This document shows positions 51,292 through 57,101 of a DNA stretch of 57,101 nucleotides, piece after piece. Source of the stretch: Chiloscyllium plagiosum (lineage: Eukaryota); NCBI RefSeq assembly GCF_004010195.1, contig NC_057718.1, positions 36,978,584 through 37,035,684 of the forward strand, given 5' to 3'. The notes under the pieces were generated by a model. That model was not told the DNA's origin and did not search any database. It saw nothing but the letters and a program-made list of their open reading frames with translations. Positions within the stretch are counted from its first letter, which is position 1. Every line of letters begins with the position of its first letter. A program made the position numbers and the translations under genes.

Positions 51292-51834
51292 AAAAAGAGC
51301 TGCATCTCAGTCTTGAGTGCAATGGAATCACTTACACTGAATATTTCAATAACCAGCTCAGATGCTGATTATCAGCCATCTCTGTCTGTTTCTAACTGCA
51401 TCTCTCACAGCCCCTTGGTACATTTTAATATTGAAGTCTTAAAGCACTCAGCATCAGTCACCCAGTGTGAGAATAGCTATGACATTCCCTTGTATAAAAA
51501 TGCAAGCATTGTAAGTGTATTCAAGAGTGTGAACTTATTACTAACAAGGCTTTGACACTGTACTTTCAAAGCCAGGTGTTGTTGACAAGCATGTGATAGT
51601 GTCATTGCTCACTACAGTCAGAGAAATGAACATGCTCGAGTGAATGGTTTGAATGAGATGCAATGTATAATTCTATGTCTAAGGTGTTTCCAAGCTCAAT
51701 ATAGTTTAAGAATTTTAACCCCTGAAAATTCATGGAGCTGCTGATGCCCTCTGCTCAGAACTCAGGTGGACAGGGAAAAAACATATCAGCAATTCAGTTG
51801 CATTGGGCTTCACCCAGAAGTTTCTGAAATGCCT

Positions 51835-52196
51835 TTATTTCAATTATTTGATGGGATGGGTAAGGCAAACATTTCTCACCAATCCAAACTGTCTTCAACC
51901 TGAGTGGCAGGCTGAGCAATATCAGAGAGCAGTTAAGAGCCAATCACATTGCTGTGGGTCTCGAGTCACATGAGCACCCAAGCAGGTACAGTCAATAGAC
52001 TTCCTTCCCAAAAGGATCAGATTGATTAATGCAATAACTGTTGACAGTTTTATGGTTACCTTCACTAAGACAAGTTTTATGGCACAGACTTTTAAACTCA
52101 ACTTAAACTCCATCAGCTGCCTTTGTGAGTTTTGAACCAGTATCTATGGGATTTGGATCTTTATTTATCCAGTGACACTGACACCACACTATGACC
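51835..52196 (-). mobile_element. Old tRNA-derived SINE
   Basis: GCAGTTAAGAGCCAATCACATTGCTGTGGGTCTCGAGTCACATG core; same family as 1137-1340. Confidence 0.65.
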
Positions 52197-52233
52197 AATC
52201 CCCTGTAAAGGGCAAAATTCAGTCTACCTTTAC

Positions 52234-52583
52234 AGCATGGTGGTTCAATGGTTAGCACAGTTGCCTCTCAGTGCCAGGAACCTGGATTCGATTCCATCCG
52301 CGGGTGTCTGTGTGGAGTTTGCAAATTCTCCCTATGTTTGCGTGAATTCCCTCTGTGTGGTCCAATTTCCTCCCACAGTCCAAAGATGTGTGGGTTTGGT
52401 GGATTGGCCATGCTAAATTGCCCATAGTGCCCAGGGATGTGTACGCTAGCTGGATTTGCCATGGTAAATGCATGATTATGGGGATAAGGTAGGAAGGTGG
52501 GTCTGGGTAGGATACTCTTCAAAGGGTCAGTTGGACTCGATGGGCCAAATGGATTGCTTCCACACTGTAAGGATTCTATGATT
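52234..52583 (+). mobile_element. Full-length older HE1-type SINE
   Basis: TGGTTCAATGGTTAGCAC A-box, GGATTCGATTCC B-box, HE1 core, tail GATTCTATGATT. Confidence 0.9.
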
Positions 52584-52934
52584 TGCCTTCTCTGGTGAAA
52601 TGTCTCAGGAGAACTAAGCTGTGCTGCCATTGCTGTTGCATGGGCAGTTTGAAATCCCGTGAGGAAGCATGGAGCTGCTGGATAGAAAGAGACATGAGAC
52701 ACATCAGTGGAGAAAAAGACAAAAGACTCCAACCATGTCACTTGCTGATCCCTGGGTCAAAAAGCCTACTGATAGCCAAAAGGACAGACTTAGCATCAGT
52801 TAGGTCCTAACAGATGATACTTCAAATTTCTTTGAACTCTCCTTCCATTGTGAAACTATTAACTTTCTCCCTATCTATTAAAGGTGCCACTCAGATGGCT
52901 ACAACCATCCCCTTCCATAGACTGTGAATCACAC

Positions 52935-53891
52935 TGTTACAAGCAGACCCTGGGTGAGGTCCCCAGATTGTTACCATTCCAGATGGGATACCCCCAATCA
53001 TTAAGATCTCGGGTGAAGGGGATTAAATTGGTCATTCACTCCATCTCCTTGGATTGTCACACAGGACTAATTTATAAAGGATCCCCTCCCTTGTGGATAA
53101 CTTCCACCTAGACACAATGAACTTAAGTTTTACAATGAGCCAATTTAACTAGGCTTTCTTAAATTAACAGAAAGAGTAAAATTGGCAACTAATGACCATG
53201 AGATGAAATAGTAGCTTAATAGACATTTATACAGTGTGGAAATTAGAAGAGAGTTCAAAAACTGATACAAATCGTGTCTGAAAAGTAGATAAGGTGATGT
53301 TGTAACTGTTATTGGATGGCATTGATGTTGGAAGTTGATCAGTCAATTTCAAGATTCTCAGTTGTGCAGATTGGTGGAAATTCTGAGCTAATTCCTTTCG
53401 ATGGTAATTGAATTCCAGCATTTAGAGTGAGAGGTTATATTTCCCTATATTTTACCTGCAGCTCAGGAATATTTAAAATGGCTGTTCTCAAGGCTGTCAT
53501 TGTCATAGCACTATAGTCCACATACTTGGGCATCTGGCTAATGATACACCCAGATTACTGTTACAGTCAATTTTTAACCCCATTTGTGTATTCCTGAAAA
53601 ATAGAACTGACATGTCTGCAAGAGGTGACTTTCTGCTGGGTGGAGAGGTAAAGTTGGTCCTCTTGTTATCTCTTCTAGTTAAGTCTCGCCCTGTCTGAAG
53701 TTTATCTGAATCTTTACAAGCGCAACATTTGTGGAATTCACATAGGGCCTTGCCAGACTGTCTCTGAATTTACATCTGCATGTTTTTTTTCTTCTATAGC
53801 TTTCCTCTTTTTGTAAAAAAATGCATATTTTGGTATTTAAAGTAAAATAATTTTCATAACTATTTTAGGATTCTGATCCCTCGCTGTGACA
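52935..53891. mobile_element. Candidate solo LTR
   Basis: TGTTACA...TGTGACA inverted ends; no TSD. Confidence 0.3.
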
Positions 53892-55141
53892 CAGTCTTGG
53901 TAGCTAACTAAAACTTGACCCAAGTAAACTATCTCTCCTATTTCAGATGATCACCATGAGGCCATGCTGTGGCTGCTATCCTATCATTTTCCATGAATGC
54001 TTCTATTAAGTCTTTAAACATTAATACATGTCATAGACTGCTGCTTAACCAGGTCTCTCTATTTCCTTCAGGTACTTAGGTATTCCATTCTCCACCAATT
54101 CTGACATCAACAAAAGCGTTGCTGAGAGGCTAAATAAAGATAGGGATATCAGTTCAATTCAAACCTCAAGAAGTTATCTCTGGATGTTAATTATACATGT
54201 GATTTATGTCTATGTTTTAAAGCCCATTCTCTCCTTTTAGAATAAATTGTATTTTCTACTGTTCTCTATACAATATCACCTATATTTCCACTGACTTCAG
54301 TGAGTTATAACTAAAAATAATAAAAGTCACTTGATTGTGTAATAGCTCTGAACTCTAGCTCTTTTGTGTGATGTGTAGGCTTTATCTACGCTCATTGCTG
54401 TCTTTAGGCACTGATAACTTTCATGTAGACAAGATACAAAGCCCTTTCCGAGACAAACTGGATCCAAGACATGATAACAATCAGCTTAGATGGACATTTT
54501 GCTGTCATAGCCTCATTCTGTCAAGGACAGAATTAATTTCTCAGGTCAAAAGACGTCCTTTACCGTATTTTTCTGTCTGAGATACCACAACTGTTTGCTT
54601 TTGCTCTTTGATCATACAACTCCTCAGAACTGCAATCAGTGATTTCATGAGTTGTTAAAATCTAAATTAAACAGAGAATGTGATAAATATGCTAGTCCCT
54701 TAATGTTACAGCTTCCATTTTATCAAACATTCATTGTTATTCTAATATACCACCAGAATGTAATAATGTTACCAAAGAATCAAAACGTAAAGGTGTAACT
54801 TTGGTTATTAAATGCAGAATATTCTGTTAATTCTACAAATTCATAAGTAAACTTTGTTGTAATGTTGAATTCATGCAAGGTGGAGTTTTGCATCAGTGAA
54901 TCAGTTCTGAACCATTTTGCTTACCTTGATGTTCTTCTTAAATTGAGATGTCTGAAAATTGATAAAATGTCATAGGAATTTTTTTGGGGGGGGTATTATA
55001 CCAGTGCAGGTTCAGGGAATGATGAGAGACCTTTGCCCAGACCTCTGTCATAATGTCAGGAAGATACAAGTGTGGTAATGGCTCAAGTAATGGTTTTCTC
55101 TCCCAATTTTCTTTATTTCCTGTTATGTCACTGTCAACAAG

Positions 55142-55330
55142 AGGGGTTAGTTAGCTCAGTTGGCTGGACGGTTGGTTTGCAATGCAGAGTGATGCCAAAA
55201 GCATGCGTTCAATTCCCACACTAGAAAGGGTTACCATGAAGGACTCACCTTCTCAACCTTTCCCTTGCCTGAGTCATCTCTCTGTCTGAGAGAGCAGCCC
55301 TTTGTTCGGGTATGACAATAGCAACTTTAC
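55142..55330 (+). mobile_element. tRNA-derived SINE, same family as 33083-33299
   Basis: TAGCTCAGTTGG, GTTCAATTCC, GGTTACCATGAAGGACT. Confidence 0.75.
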
Positions 55331-55574
55331 TGTCAACATCCTTGTCAAACAGCAGTGCAACTTCGCACATCCTAGAGAGTGTAACTTGAAGGGTTGACAA
55401 GGAAACTCAAACATCAGTTACAGTTCACATATGAAGAGACTTATTGGAGCAGGGATCATGTACATGAGGCACTCGGTCCATGCAAATTACATTGAGAGGT
55501 CTGTGAGCCCCTCTGACTATTTATAGATGAAAAATTGTCATGATTACAGTCTTTCATGGCACACATTTCAGAAG

Positions 55575-55660
55575 TTGAAACTTTATTGCTGGAACAGCAC
55601 AGCAGGTCAGGCAGCATCTAGGGAACAGAAGATTCGACGTTTCGGGCACATGCCCTTCTT
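55575..55660 (-). mobile_element. 86-bp Penelope-derived element with 13-bp TSD and near-intact hammerhead core
   Basis: CACATTTCAGAAG at 55562-55574 and 55661-55673; minus strand TGAAGA-AGGGC-ATGT-GCCC-GAAAC-GTCGA. Confidence 0.85.
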
Positions 55661-55980
55661 CACATTTCAGAAGGACAACTCATTGACAAACTTACAGATT
55701 GTTCTTCATTAAGTTGAAAATCAGAACTTCTAAACTGACAAGAGTTATATTTCGAAAATGATGAACAAATATATCCAGGTAGCGCCAGACTAACATGCCT
55801 GAAGTAAACACAGATCATGCAACTAATGCAGCCATCAATGCGATATATAGTTTCTTAAGCAGCATCACACACATGACCTCAGAAGTACCAAGAAGGAATT
55901 AATGGTCACCAGAGCACTACGTGTGGCTCATTCATGTACAGGACTGTTATAATTCAGATCTCACAGCATACAAAATCCAA

Positions 55981-56078
55981 CAGTCGAGGGGGTGGTGCTG
56001 GAAAAGCACAGCAGGTCAGGCAGTATCCGAGGAGCAGGAGAATTGACATTTCAGGCATAAGCCCTTCATCAGGAATTC
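55981..56078 (-). mobile_element. Short Penelope-derived element with hammerhead core and decayed TSD
   Basis: Minus strand CTGATGA-AGGGC-TTAT-GCCT-GAAAT; flanks ATACAAAATCCA / GTACAAAGTCCA. Confidence 0.8.
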
Positions 56079-56454
56079 GTACAAAGTCCAGCAATGTATC
56101 AGTGAAATAACAGGGGAAGTGCTTTAGATGGTAGTTGACACACTTGCTCCATCGGGTTGGACCAAAGGGTCTATATCCATGCTGTACATCTCTATGGCTC
56201 TATGACTCTATGACAATAACTATGGCCCAATGGTTTAAATGAATGCATTGCATTAATTTGAAATAAATGCTGATTTTCATGATTTCTTGCAGGAACCAAG
56301 AAAAGAATGGAATAACTGGGAATTCAAACCCTGCCAGGGAAGAAGGTAAATATACAGATGTATAAATTATATCTTTAAGAAATATAATGATCCCAACAAA
56401 ATTAAAAGTGAATCCTTATGAAACGTATCTTTGTGGTTATTTTGTAGCTCAGTA

Positions 56455-56660
56455 GCCATAGGGTCAAAGAGTGATACAGCATGGAAACAGACCCTTTGAT
56501 CCAACCAGCTTATACCAACAATGTTCCCAAACTAAACTAGTCCCACTTGCCTGTGTTTGGCCCATATCCTTCCAAACCATTCCTTTTCATTAACTTATCC
56601 AAATGTCTTTTAAACATTGTAACTGTACCAACATCCACCACTTTCTCTGTTAATTCCACA
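56455..56660 (-). mobile_element. CR1/HER1 3' end fragment
   Basis: TACAGCATGGAAACAGACCCTT...AAACTAGTCCCACTTGCCTG, homologous to 13361-13560. Confidence 0.85.
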
Positions 56661-56662
56661 AA

Positions 56663-57101
56663 TATTGTCGGAAGTGAGAATATTTCTGTTGAATAAAGGG
56701 AACTACGGAGCTATGAGGGAGGAGCTGACCAAAGTTCAATGGTGCAATACCTTAGCAGGGATGACAGTGGAGGAACAATGGCGGATATTTCTGTGTATAA
56801 TGCAGAAGATGCAGGATCGGTTCATTCCAAAAAGGAAGAAAGATCCTAGGAGGAGGCATGGGTGGCCGTAGCTGACGAGGGAAGTTAAGAAACATATAAA
56901 GTTAAAAGAGAAAAAGCATAACATAGCAAAGATAAGTGGGAAAACGGAGGACTGGGAAGCTTTTAAAGAACAACAGAGGATTACTAAGAAGGAAATACGC
57001 AAAGAAAAAATGAGGTACGAAGGTAAACTGGCCAAAAATATAAAGGAGAATAGTAAAAGCTTTTTTAGGTATGTGAAAGGCAAAAAAAATGGTTAAGACT
57101 A
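56663..57101 (+). mobile_element. CR1 LINE ORF2 (endonuclease-RT linker), runs off window
   Basis: LNKGNYGAMREEL...QDRFIPKRKK...P*LTREVK...YEGKLAKNIKENSKSFFRYVKGK. Confidence 0.9.

Overview
Repeat-rich vertebrate non-coding DNA, most likely from a cartilaginous fish (shark). This is inferred from HE1-type SINEs with (AATCT)n tails, HER1/CR1 LINEs, DeuSINE/SacSINE1-like SINEs and shark-type Penelope elements; family names come from recalled consensus motifs, not database searches. No host protein-coding gene, rRNA, true tRNA or CRISPR array can be supported, and every recognisable ORF is a transposon fragment. The window holds about 15 CR1-group LINE fragments, several tRNA-derived SINEs, two decayed Gypsy-type LTR elements, possible solo LTRs, a fossil two-gene PIF/Harbinger transposon, two inverted Tc1/mariner-type MITEs, a Tx1-like 3' end and Penelope-like elements. 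The most notable pattern is a set of very short (86-334 bp) Penelope-derived insertions that carry hammerhead-ribozyme cores and are flanked by 12-16 bp target-site duplications (TSDs). Also notable are a Tx1-like insertion in the SINE 3'-tail hairpin and several nested insertions. Two assembly gaps are present.
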